Positions 11,253 to 22,918 of a DNA stretch of 64,000 bases are shown piece after piece (the stretch's first letter is position 1; every line of letters starts with the position of its first letter). A program made the translations under genes and the position numbers. The DNA lies in the NCBI GenBank assembly GCA_044229975.1, contig JBGARZ010000005.1:224001-288000 (forward strand), read 5' to 3'. The notes under the pieces are model-generated. The model did not search any database. It saw only the letters and a program-made list of their open reading frames with translations, and had not been told where the DNA came from. Source of the DNA: Polyangiales bacterium. Its GTDB lineage: Bacteria; Myxococcota_A; Polyangia; Polyangiales; Ga0077539.

Positions 11253-11423
11253 TCACGCCGTCGCGAACTGCTCGTGCCGCGCGTGCGCCTCGCCCCAGCG
11301 CGCGTCGAGCAGGGCGCGCACCGCAGGGTCTTCCCGGTAGGACGCCGGGCGAAACTCCGACACCGTGTCGAGGTACGCCGCGAAGCGCTCACGGGCCGCG
11401 CCGAAGCTGAGAACCCACCGCGC
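11253..11423 (-). pseudogene. Possible 3' remnant of a gene abutting the inverted-repeat element
   Basis: GC3-rich open frame WVLSFGAARERFAAYLDTVSEFRPASYREDPAVRALLDARWGEAHARHEQFATA* with no start codon at its 5' end. The frame hits an in-frame TGA inside the repeat arm. Confidence 0.4.
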
Positions 11424-11658
11424 TCACGCCGGAGTTCACCGTGCCGCCCCGGCGACCGCCACGCTCGGTTCACTCCACGGCTATTTCACGCGGATGGCCC
11501 CGCCGAAGCGGGGCTCAGGAGGCCCCCATGAAGGCATTCGATGGTCCCTGGGCGGAGGCACGGAGCCCCGCTTCGGCGGGGCCATCCGCGTGAAATAGCC
11601 CGGGAGTGAACCGAGCGCGGCGGGCGCAGGGGCGGCACGGTGAACTCCGGCGTGAGCG
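11421..11658. repeat. Long inverted repeat (96-bp arms, 46-bp spacer), REPIN/MITE-like
   Basis: 11421-11516 is the reverse complement of 11563-11658 with 5 mismatches by my count. Each arm contains a GCCCCGC-CGAA-GCGGGGC hairpin. Confidence 0.9.
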
Positions 11659-11782
11659 AGGCGAGTTGTCCTACTTTGGAGACACCGAGAAATCAGTGTC
11701 CCAAGTCGGACACCACCGCCGCGCCCGTCGCGTTGACACCCTCGGCGGGCGGATGGTCTACCGTCCCAAGCCGCGACAGACC

Positions 11783-12853
11783 ATGACCAGACATCGCCGC
11801 CCCGAACGATTCGCGCTCGCGCTCGCACTGACCCTCGCGGGCGCCACGGCAGGCGCGCAGCCACGACGCGACGACTCCGAGGAGTCCCGCGAGGCGCGGC
11901 AGCACTCGCGGCGCGGAGCCGAGTTGCAGGCAGCGGGTCGGCACGAGGAGGCGATCGAGGAGTTTCGACTCGCGGGTCTCGGGTTGATGCAGCCGCGCTA
12001 CCTGGCGCTCATCGGGCTCAACGAGGCCGCGCTCAACCGCTGGGTCGACGCCTACCGCCACCTGGAGGGCGCCCTCCGCTTCGGCACCGACCCCTGGATC
12101 GCGCGCAACCATTCGACGCTCAACACCGAGCTGGAGCGCGTGCGCGGCCACGTCGGGTGGGTCCGCCTCGAAGGCTCACCGGACGGCGCGCGGCTGAGCA
12201 TCAACGGCACCGACGCAGGAACGCTCCCGCTCACCGACAACCTCCTGCTGCCGTCCGACGAGCCCGCGCAGTTCGAGCTCAGCGCGGGCGGCTACGTCAC
12301 CGACCGCCGCAGCGTCACGGTCGTCGCGCGGCAGACCACGCCGCTCCAGATCACCCTCCAGGCGCTGGCGACCGAGCCTGCGCCCGTTTCGCAGCCGCAG
12401 GCGGAGCCCGCGACGGTGGCGTTCGAGGCGCCTGCGCCGGTCGTGGCGACGCCCGCGCCCGTGACCGCAGTCGTGACCGCGCCGACGACCGGAGACAAGA
12501 CGGACTACGGCCGCATCGTCTTCTGGATGGGCGTCGGGGTCGGGGTCGCGGGCAGCGTCGCCACGGGGGTCTTCCTCGGGCTCGGAGGCTCCGCGGCGGC
12601 CGAGTACAACGACCTCTGCCGCGGTCCGAGCATGGCGCCCGCGTCGTGCGTGACCTTTCGCACCGAGCGGCAGGAGCAGCTCGACTCGTACCACACGTAC
12701 GCGCTCGTCGGCCTCAGCGCCGCGCTCACGGGCGTAGCGATGGCGCTCGGCGGATACATCGTTCCCAACCGCGAGCCGCGGACGCCGCGCAACTCGCTGC
12801 GGCCACACCTGCTGTTGGGCGCCTCCAGCGTCGGGCTGCGGGTGACGTGGTGA
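11783..12853 (+). CDS. TPR + PEGA domain exported protein
   Basis: Signal peptide, TPR-like helices, PEGA (SPDGARLSING..GTLPL), then a hydrophobic C-terminal region. Confidence 0.8.
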   Translation: MTRHRRPERFALALALTLAGATAGAQPRRDDSEESREARQHSRRGAELQAAGRHEEAIEEFRLAGLGLMQPRYLALIGLNEAALNRWVDAYRHLEGALRFGTDPWIARNHSTLNTELERVRGHVGWVRLEGSPDGARLSINGTDAGTLPLTDNLLLPSDEPAQFELSAGGYVTDRRSVTVVARQTTPLQITLQALATEPAPVSQPQAEPATVAFEAPAPVVATPAPVTAVVTAPTTGDKTDYGRIVFWMGVGVGVAGSVATGVFLGLGGSAAAEYNDLCRGPSMAPASCVTFRTERQEQLDSYHTYALVGLSAALTGVAMALGGYIVPNREPRTPRNSLRPHLLLGASSVGLRVTW

Positions 12854-13350
12854 GGGCCTTCTTCGTCCGGGTCGTCTCGCTCACCGTCGCCATCGCGGGC
12901 TGCGGGTGGGATCTGCTCCCGCCCACCGGCTACGACGACGCGGGGCGGTCGAGCGTCTCGCCCTTCGCCGACGTGGCCAACCCGTCGACGTGCGGGCGCG
13001 CGCAGCAGCGGTGCTGCTCCACCGGCGAGCTCTGCCAGAGCGGCTCGATCTGCACCGGGGTGACCTGCATCGCGACGCGCGGGCTCGGCGTCACCGCGGC
13101 CTGCCAGTCAGCGTCGGAGTGCTCCGTTCTTCTCAGTTGCGGGGGTGGGTTGGGCGTTCCGGCGACCTGCTGCCTCGGGGTCGACCAGGCCTGCGACCCA
13201 GCCATCGCAAACTCGTGCTGCGCCAACCGAACCTGTGCCGACCAGGGCGACGGTCGACCGGTGTGCCTCTGCTCGGTGACGGGTCAGGCGTGTCGCGCCG
13301 AGTCCGACTGCTGCGGCGGCCTCTCCTGCGTGGGCTCGGTCTGCGAGTAG
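12850..13350 (+). CDS. Cys-rich lipoprotein (Dickkopf-like CC repeats)
   Basis: The GTG start overlaps the upstream TGA. Lipobox IAGC, with repeated C-x-C-x-CC motifs. Confidence 0.7.
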   Translation: MRAFFVRVVSLTVAIAGCGWDLLPPTGYDDAGRSSVSPFADVANPSTCGRAQQRCCSTGELCQSGSICTGVTCIATRGLGVTAACQSASECSVLLSCGGGLGVPATCCLGVDQACDPAIANSCCANRTCADQGDGRPVCLCSVTGQACRAESDCCGGLSCVGSVCE

Positions 13351-13407
13351 TCTCCGTGACGGCGCGCTGGTTGGAGCGCTCGCTGGACGCCCTTCGCCCG
13401 CAACGGG

Positions 13408-13923
13408 TCAGCGGATCTGGAGGGTGAGCGTCGCCACGCCTGCGCCGACCGGAGCCGAGAGCACGATGTCTCCCGGGCGGATCTGATCGGCGGTGAGCGC
13501 GACCTGGAAGCGCGCGATGTGATCGTTCTCGTTGAAGACGAGGAGGACCGGGATGTCGGGGTCGTGGTCGTAGACGTCGATCGTGATCGGGTGCGTGAGG
13601 GTCTCGACGTCCTGGTCTTCCGAGACGACGAAGTCCCAGCGGGGCTCCAACGTGTCGGCGAGCCTGTCGGATTGGAAGGGCCTGAACTCGCCCGACGAGG
13701 ACGTCACGACGACGTACGGGTCGGGGTCGGTGTGGGCGGGGTCCACGCAGTCCCAGGTCGAGCAGCCGTGCCCGGAGGGGTCCACCGAGGGGAGCGACGC
13801 GCCGACGACCACGAGGGTGTAGCTGGACCCCGAAGAGCAGCTCGCGAGCAGGCCGAGCAGCGCGACGGCGCGACAGGCCGCGAGGGTCCGGCCGAAGGGC
13901 GACGTCGGGAGGGTGGTTCGCAT
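13408..13923 (-). CDS. C2-domain-like lipoprotein
   Basis: Lipobox LASC. DPDPYVVV...DTLEPRWDF...ITIDVYDHD...NDHIARF parallels the C2 consensus (DPYV, TLNPxWNE, VYDxD..D.IG). Confidence 0.65.
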   Translation of the reverse strand: MRTTLPTSPFGRTLAACRAVALLGLLASCSSGSSYTLVVVGASLPSVDPSGHGCSTWDCVDPAHTDPDPYVVVTSSSGEFRPFQSDRLADTLEPRWDFVVSEDQDVETLTHPITIDVYDHDPDIPVLLVFNENDHIARFQVALTADQIRPGDIVLSAPVGAGVATLTLQIR

Positions 13924-13939
13924 GGGCGACCGAGAGACT

Positions 13940-16783
<2,844 letters not shown>

Positions 16784-16892
16784 GGCGGGTTCTCGCCGCA
16801 TGCGATGCGGGACGGAGGGGTGCAGTGTCAAGCGCGGCACCGGACCCTGAGCTTCGGAGTAGGGGTCGTGACCACGCGAGGCGCTCGTCATC

Positions 16893-17027
16893 GGTCCTCA
16901 CAAGGGACCGGCGTTCATGAGAACGACGGAATCCAGAGCGACAGAACGCTCTTCGACGGGTGACCGAGACGTGGTGGGTTGCCCCGGATTCCGGCGTTCT
17001 CACGAACGCCGGTCCCTTGTGGGGACC
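16893..17027. repeat. Inverted repeat doublet (42-bp arms), REP/REPIN-like
   Basis: 16893-16934 is the reverse complement of 16986-17027 with 3 mismatches. Each arm has two small hairpins (GGTCCC-N5-GGGACC and GGCGTTC-N4-GAACGCC). Confidence 0.85.
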
Positions 17028-17167
17028 AGCGACATGGCGGTCCTCATGTACGCCGCCAACACCTACTCCGAATCCAAGCCGGGCCGACGGACGAACCGGC
17101 GATCGACGGCGGCCCCGATGGACGGCGCGTTGACACCGCGAACGCCAACGCGGTGAGATCGCCGCCG

Positions 17168-19303
17168 ATGCGCCCGTGGGGATGGACACTTGCGCTGCTG
17201 ATGGGCTGCATGCGGGCGCACCCGATGGCGTCCGCGACCGCACCGACGCCACCGACGCCACCGACAACCGCATCGCCTGCCTTCAGTTGTCGCGGACCAG
17301 CGCCTCCGCCCATCCCTGCGCGGCCGCGCCACTCACCCTCGCCGCCGGGTCGGCTCGTGATCCAGCGGCTCGCACTCCCTTCCGCGACACCTCGCGCGCG
17401 CACGGAGGGAGAGCCGACCCTGCCCTTCGCGGGTCTGCGTCTGCGCGTCGTCGCCGAGAACACCCCCCTCCCGCGCTTCGCCGCGGCCCTCGCGGAGGCG
17501 ATCGGCTTCGGGGTGATGGTTCCGCTCGACGCGTACGACCTCCAGGTGACGGTCGCCTCGCCCGATGTGAGCGTCGACGATCTGCTCAGGACGCTGCGGT
17601 TCGTCGGCGTGCGACACCGCCTCGACGCCCACGACCCGCACCGACCGCCGCGGCCCGACGAGGGACAGCACGGTATCGACGCCGAAGGAGTGCTCCGCCT
17701 GGACGCCGCGGAGACGCTCGCCGCCGCGGCCGTCCGCGCCGTCCACGCGGACCGGTACAACACCACGCGGCGAGTGTTCGCGCCGCGCGCGGGCCTACGC
17801 TTCGCGGAGGTCGCCCGGTACTACTGCGACCGGCTGGCGTCGCCCTTCGGGGCCGCCGACGTCGTGGAGGGGCGCCTCATCGTGACCGACCTCGCGCCCC
17901 GCATCGAACAGGCCGAAGGGCTGTTGCACTCGCTCGAAACCCACGACGCGCCCGCGACGCCAACGCCGCCGTTCAGTTGTGGCAACCCCCCGCGGGTGTC
18001 CCCGCTCTCGTCCGAGCTCGACGCCGTCCCGCTCTTCGCGCGACCGCCCGATCCGCCCGCTGGGAGCCTCGTCGTCCAGCGGTTGCCGGGTCCGCTCGGC
18101 GCCCTCCTTCCGCGAGAGCAGAGCGAACCTCCGCCGGCATCGTACGCGGGCGTACGACTGCGGGTCGCGGCGGAGGCCGTCCCCCTCTGGCGCTTCGCGC
18201 AGGCGCTGTCGGAGACGCTGCGGATCACGGTCGCGGTCGCGCCCGGGAGCCTCGACGAGACGGTGACGCTCGCCTGGCCCGACGTGACCGCCGAGCGATT
18301 GCTCCGCGTGCTGCCGGACGTCGAAGGCATCGGAGACGCGCTCGTCCTGGGCGACGGCTCCGACTACCACGCCCGGCGCAACCTGGTGGAAGGCCCCCCG
18401 CCCGCCGAGGAGACGCGGGCGTACTCGGTGCCCGCGGCGGTCCCGCCGGAGCTTGCGGCGCGGCTCTACTGCGAGCTGGACGGACCCGGGGGTGGCACCG
18501 CCGACGTCGTCGCCGGGCGGCTCGTGGTACGCAACTACGGGTGGTCAGCCGACCGCATCGAGGACGACCTTCGACGGCTCGCGGAGTTCGTCACCCAGCG
18601 TCACCGCGAGGAGAGACCGCTCTTCACCTGCCACGGGCCGCCCGAGCCCCCGCGGCCCACGCCGCCTCCATCGACCCTCCCCCTCCCCGCGCCGGGAAGA
18701 CTCATCGTCCAGCGGCTCCCGCTGCCGCCGGCGGTCGCGCAGCCGAGCGAGCACACCGATCGATCCCGGTACGAAGACCCGACGCCGTTGCCCTTCGGGG
18801 GCGTGCGACTGCGGATCGTCGCGGAGGGCGCCCCGCTCCGTCGCGTGGCGGTGGCGCTGTCGGAAGCGCTGCGAATGGGCGTCGTGTCGGGGGGAGACTG
18901 GCCCGAGCTGCCCGTGACCATCACCTCGTCGGACATCACCGTCGACCAGCTCTTCCCCGCCCTGGAGCACATCGGCGTGTTCGTCACCTTCCGAGAAAGC
19001 CTCGGCCTCCTGACCCTGGTGTCGCGCGAGCCGATCGGCTCACCGGTGGTCCGGATTCGCGGGTTCCACGACCCCATCATCGCCGAGACTCGCCTGATTC
19101 CCGTGGACCCCGGCGTGTCCGAAGAGGCGGTGGCGCGACACTACTGCGAGCGCCTGGCGTCCCCCATCGGCGCGGCCGCGTCGATCGGCGGCCTGCTGAT
19201 CGTGCACGACTACGGTGATGTGCTGAGCCGCGCCGAGCTCCTCGTCCGCGAGCTGGCGTCGCCGACCGCTCCCTCCGGCGATGCGGGTGCCGCCGCGCGT
19301 TGA
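17168..19303 (+). CDS. Putative lipoprotein with three secretin N0/N1-like (STN + NolW-like) modules
   Basis: Leader ending LMGC, then three copies of F(S/T)C..G(R/S)L(V/I)xQRL..(F/Y)xG(V/L)RLR(V/I)xAE...TR...YC...GxL(I/V)V. The domain identity is inferred by eye. Confidence 0.6.
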   Translation: MRPWGWTLALLMGCMRAHPMASATAPTPPTPPTTASPAFSCRGPAPPPIPARPRHSPSPPGRLVIQRLALPSATPRARTEGEPTLPFAGLRLRVVAENTPLPRFAAALAEAIGFGVMVPLDAYDLQVTVASPDVSVDDLLRTLRFVGVRHRLDAHDPHRPPRPDEGQHGIDAEGVLRLDAAETLAAAAVRAVHADRYNTTRRVFAPRAGLRFAEVARYYCDRLASPFGAADVVEGRLIVTDLAPRIEQAEGLLHSLETHDAPATPTPPFSCGNPPRVSPLSSELDAVPLFARPPDPPAGSLVVQRLPGPLGALLPREQSEPPPASYAGVRLRVAAEAVPLWRFAQALSETLRITVAVAPGSLDETVTLAWPDVTAERLLRVLPDVEGIGDALVLGDGSDYHARRNLVEGPPPAEETRAYSVPAAVPPELAARLYCELDGPGGGTADVVAGRLVVRNYGWSADRIEDDLRRLAEFVTQRHREERPLFTCHGPPEPPRPTPPPSTLPLPAPGRLIVQRLPLPPAVAQPSEHTDRSRYEDPTPLPFGGVRLRIVAEGAPLRRVAVALSEALRMGVVSGGDWPELPVTITSSDITVDQLFPALEHIGVFVTFRESLGLLTLVSREPIGSPVVRIRGFHDPIIAETRLIPVDPGVSEEAVARHYCERLASPIGAAASIGGLLIVHDYGDVLSRAELLVRELASPTAPSGDAGAAAR

Positions 19304-19337
19304 CAGCGCGAACGTCGGCGCGGTGTGATCGGCGTCG

Positions 19338-20081
19338 ATGCATCCCCGGGGATGGACCCTCGCGTTGCTCGTGGGCTGCACCCGTACGCTGCCGGTCGCG
19401 CCGACCCCCGCGCCCGCCGCCTCACCGCCGTACTTCAGTTGCCGCGGCCCCGCGTCGCCACCCGTCGTCACGCGCGCGCATCATCCGCCCGCGCCGCCGG
19501 GTCGGCTCGTGGTCCAGCGGCTCGCCCCCCCGCCCGGAACACCCCGCGCCCGTGAAGAGCACGACGACCCGCCGCTGCCCTTCGCGGGCGTGCGCCTGCG
19601 GGTGGTCGCCGAAAACGCCCCGATCGCACGCTTCGCGGCCGCCCTCGCGGAGGCGCTCGGCGTCGCGGTGATCGTGCCTCTCGACGCGCACGACCTCCAG
19701 GTGACGGTCTCGTCGCCCGACGTGACCGTCGACGATCTGCTCCGTCTGCTGCCGCTCGTCGGCGTCCAGCACGAGCTCTCCCCCAGGGGGTTGCTCCGCC
19801 TCGCAGCGACGGAGACGCTCAGCGAGGTGATCGCCCGCAACGAGTGGAGGAACGATCTCCGCACCGCGCGGCGGGTGTTCGCCCCGCGCGCGGGGGTGCC
19901 CTTCGCGGAAATCGCCCGGCACTACTGCGACCATCTCGCATCGACCCACGGGACCGCCGACGTCGTCGACGGGCGCCTCGTCGTGCACGACTTCGAGACG
20001 TACATCGAGAGCGTCGAGCGGCTGCTGCGGGCGTTCGAGTCGCGTGGCGCGTCGCAGGTGCGGCTGGGCGGCCGACCGTGA
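19338..20081 (+). CDS. Putative lipoprotein with one secretin N0/N1-like module
   Basis: Lipobox LVGC. Close paralogue of module 1 of the upstream gene. Confidence 0.6.
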   Translation: MHPRGWTLALLVGCTRTLPVAPTPAPAASPPYFSCRGPASPPVVTRAHHPPAPPGRLVVQRLAPPPGTPRAREEHDDPPLPFAGVRLRVVAENAPIARFAAALAEALGVAVIVPLDAHDLQVTVSSPDVTVDDLLRLLPLVGVQHELSPRGLLRLAATETLSEVIARNEWRNDLRTARRVFAPRAGVPFAEIARHYCDHLASTHGTADVVDGRLVVHDFETYIESVERLLRAFESRGASQVRLGGRP

Positions 20082-21565
20082 CGCCCCGACGACCGCGCGT
20101 CGGCGGATGGCTCCTCGCGTTGCTCGTAGGCTGCGCGCGACCCACGCCCGTCACCGTGACGCCCGCGCCCGCGACGCCGCCGTCCTTCAGTTGTCGGGGC
20201 AGCGGCAGGGCATCCATCTTCCGCCCCGCGCCTGTCCCACCGCCTCGTTTCGAGCGCCCGCCCGTCCCCGCGCCGGGGCGGCTCGTCGTCGAGCAGCTGC
20301 CGGGCCCGCCCGGTGCTCTCCTGCCGCGCGGCGAGGGCGAGCCACCGGCTCCGGTGTATGCGCGCGTGCGGCTGCGAATCGTGGCCGACGCGGTTCCGCT
20401 CCCGCGCGTCGCGGCGGCGCTCTCCGAAGCGCTCCGGGTCACCATCGCGGTCGCGCCCGAGGGCCTCGACGACGTCGTGTCCATCGTGTGGCCCGACGTG
20501 ACCGCCGAGCGCCTCTTCGAAGAGCTGCGCGGACGACGCAGCCGCGACGACGGGATCGTCCTGGGCGCCGACGAGTCTCACCTCGTCGAGCGCCCGCGGC
20601 GCAGCGAGCCCGACCTCTTCGAGACGCGGACCATGCAGACGGAACTCCCGTTGCCGCCTGAGCAGGCCGCGCGAATCTTCTGCGAGCAGGTCTCGTCCGA
20701 ACGGGGCGGCGCCGACGTGATCGCGGGCCGCCTCGTCGTGCACGACTACGAGCTGTCGGTCCGCCACTTCGAGGCCCTGCTCCAAGGCATCGCCGCGCTC
20801 CCGACGTCGCCCGACCGAGGTCCGACGACGCCGTTTGGCTGCCACGCCCCGGCGCCGCCGACCGCGCCGCCTGCCGCGCTCCGGCCGCTCCCTGTGCCCG
20901 GCGGAGTCGTGATCCAGCGCCTCCCGCTGCCACCAGCGGAGGCGGAGCGTCGCGAACCGCGCGCCCTGTCCCGGGAACCCGAACCGCCACTGCCCTTCGG
21001 CGGCGTGCGCCTGCGGGTGGTCGCCGAGAACGCTCCGCTGCGGCGCCTCGCGGTGGCGCTGTCGGACGCGCTGCACGTGGGCGTCGCGGCGGACGGAGAG
21101 TGGCCCGACCTGCCGGTGGCGATCGCTTCGCGTGACGTGACCGCCGACCGGCTCTTCTTCGCGCTGGAGCAGGTCGGCGTCGCCGTCGATTTCGACGAGC
21201 GCCTCGGGTTGCTTCAACTGCGCGCGTGGGAGCCGGTCGGCGAACCAGTGGTCCGGGTGCACGGACACCCACGATTCCGTGACTACGGCACCCGCGTGAT
21301 CGCCCTGCGTCGCGAGGCGTCAGGAGAGGCGGTCGCGCGCTACTACTGCGAGCGCATCGCCTCCGAGATCGGGTTGGTCGAGGTGCTCCGCGGCGGGCTC
21401 CTCGTGCGCGACTACGGAACGCAGTTGAGGAACATCGAGGCCTTCGTCGGATCGCTCGCGCCGCCCCCCACGACCCCGACGGCTCTTCCTGCCGACGCCG
21501 GGGTCACCGCGCCGCCCGAGCCCATCCGACCGCGCGATACGGTCACCCTCTCGGGACGTCGATGA
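20078..21565 (+). CDS. Putative lipoprotein with two secretin N0/N1-like modules
   Basis: GTGA overlap with the upstream gene, lipobox LVGC. Paralogous to modules 2 and 3 of 17168-19303. Confidence 0.6.
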   Translation: MTPRRPRVGGWLLALLVGCARPTPVTVTPAPATPPSFSCRGSGRASIFRPAPVPPPRFERPPVPAPGRLVVEQLPGPPGALLPRGEGEPPAPVYARVRLRIVADAVPLPRVAAALSEALRVTIAVAPEGLDDVVSIVWPDVTAERLFEELRGRRSRDDGIVLGADESHLVERPRRSEPDLFETRTMQTELPLPPEQAARIFCEQVSSERGGADVIAGRLVVHDYELSVRHFEALLQGIAALPTSPDRGPTTPFGCHAPAPPTAPPAALRPLPVPGGVVIQRLPLPPAEAERREPRALSREPEPPLPFGGVRLRVVAENAPLRRLAVALSDALHVGVAADGEWPDLPVAIASRDVTADRLFFALEQVGVAVDFDERLGLLQLRAWEPVGEPVVRVHGHPRFRDYGTRVIALRREASGEAVARYYCERIASEIGLVEVLRGGLLVRDYGTQLRNIEAFVGSLAPPPTTPTALPADAGVTAPPEPIRPRDTVTLSGRR

Positions 21566-21576
21566 CGCCCGTCTGA

Positions 21577-22818
21577 CTACCCTCTACGAACGGCCCGCCC
21601 GCGACGCCGCGTCCACGCCAACGCGATCGCCGCCAGCACCGAACCCCACCCGGCGCCACCACCACTCGCACCGATCGTGCGGCACCCGCAGTCGCCACGG
21701 AGATCACCACCGAGGCCGCCGTCGATGCCGATCGTCGAGCTGTCGTCCGCCGCCACATCAACGACGCGCGCATCCCGAACGCCTAGGTCGTTGACCACGC
21801 CCGCGTCGTCTTCGATGGGTGCGCCCGCGTCGACGATCACCCCCGCATCCACCGTCGGCATCGGCGCCACGCAGCCCGTCGGAGTGCACGTCCTCCCCCC
21901 CGTCGCGCAGTCCTCCGACACCGGGCGCGTGCCGTCGCAGCGCACGAAGCGCGATCCCTCGCAGCGTGGCCCCGGCAGCAACGCCCGGCCCGACGCCGGA
22001 TCACACCGCAGGCAGTTGAAGCCCTCGGTGTCGTTCTGCCAGGCGCACACTCCTCCGCGGCCGAGGCACTCGGCCTCCATGGGCGCGCCGTCCATGCACC
22101 AGCGCAGCGTCTCGCCCTCGCAGCGCCCGCGGTAGTCGAGCGCGCCGCAGCTCGGGCCCGCCACGCGGGCGTACGCCTCGTTGCCGTAGGCGGCGGGTTG
22201 AATCCACTGGATGGTCACGCCACGGCACACCGACTGGCACCCCGGCGCATCGACGAAGGTCGACGACACCACCGACGCCCGAACATACGCCGGCGTCGGG
22301 CACCCCGGGTCGACCGGTCCGCCGCAGTAGTTGCGCGTCGTCGCGAGGTGCAGATGCAGATGTGCCCCGACGCCGCCCGTGTTGCCCGACAACCCGATGC
22401 GCGTTGTCGTGGTGACCGACGCGCCCACCGCCACGTCGATGCGCGACAGGTGCATGTACGTCACGAAGTACGTCGCGCCGAGGCCCGGCACGGTGCTGCC
22501 GTCGTGACGCACGCGCACCCACAGACCCGCGTTGCCGTAGTCCGCGGTGCGCGCGTCGTTGGGGTTGACCGCGTCCACCACGCCCGGCGCCACGGCGTAG
22601 AGGGCGGTGCCCACGCCCATCGCGACGTCGTAGCCGTTGTGCGTTCCGCAGCCCTCGCGGCCGCCGCAATAGGTGATGTAGTCGCCGTAGTAGCCCTGCG
22701 TGAGCCGCGCCCGCGCCGCGGTGCCGCGGTCGACCGGCCAGTGCATCCACCCTTGGGCCTGGGCCTCGGCGCCCGCGAGCAGAACGGCGACGGCGAGAGC
22801 AACGGTCGAACGAGGCAT
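21577..22818 (-). CDS. M23 family metallopeptidase with Cys-rich region and MYXO-CTERM sorting signal
   Basis: HNGYD, YMHLS and SGNTG..HLHL motifs. The C-terminus is GDCGCRT..hydrophobic..RRR. Confidence 0.88.
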   Translation of the reverse strand: MPRSTVALAVAVLLAGAEAQAQGWMHWPVDRGTAARARLTQGYYGDYITYCGGREGCGTHNGYDVAMGVGTALYAVAPGVVDAVNPNDARTADYGNAGLWVRVRHDGSTVPGLGATYFVTYMHLSRIDVAVGASVTTTTRIGLSGNTGGVGAHLHLHLATTRNYCGGPVDPGCPTPAYVRASVVSSTFVDAPGCQSVCRGVTIQWIQPAAYGNEAYARVAGPSCGALDYRGRCEGETLRWCMDGAPMEAECLGRGGVCAWQNDTEGFNCLRCDPASGRALLPGPRCEGSRFVRCDGTRPVSEDCATGGRTCTPTGCVAPMPTVDAGVIVDAGAPIEDDAGVVNDLGVRDARVVDVAADDSSTIGIDGGLGGDLRGDCGCRTIGASGGGAGWGSVLAAIALAWTRRRGRAVRRG

Positions 22819-22918
22819 CGACGGACCATACCGCGGAGTGGTTGCGAGAGCGGCAACCTGGGGTTGAGCGAACCGCCGGTGCCCGAAGCCCCGGAGGCGA
22901 CGTACGATGCCCTCCATC

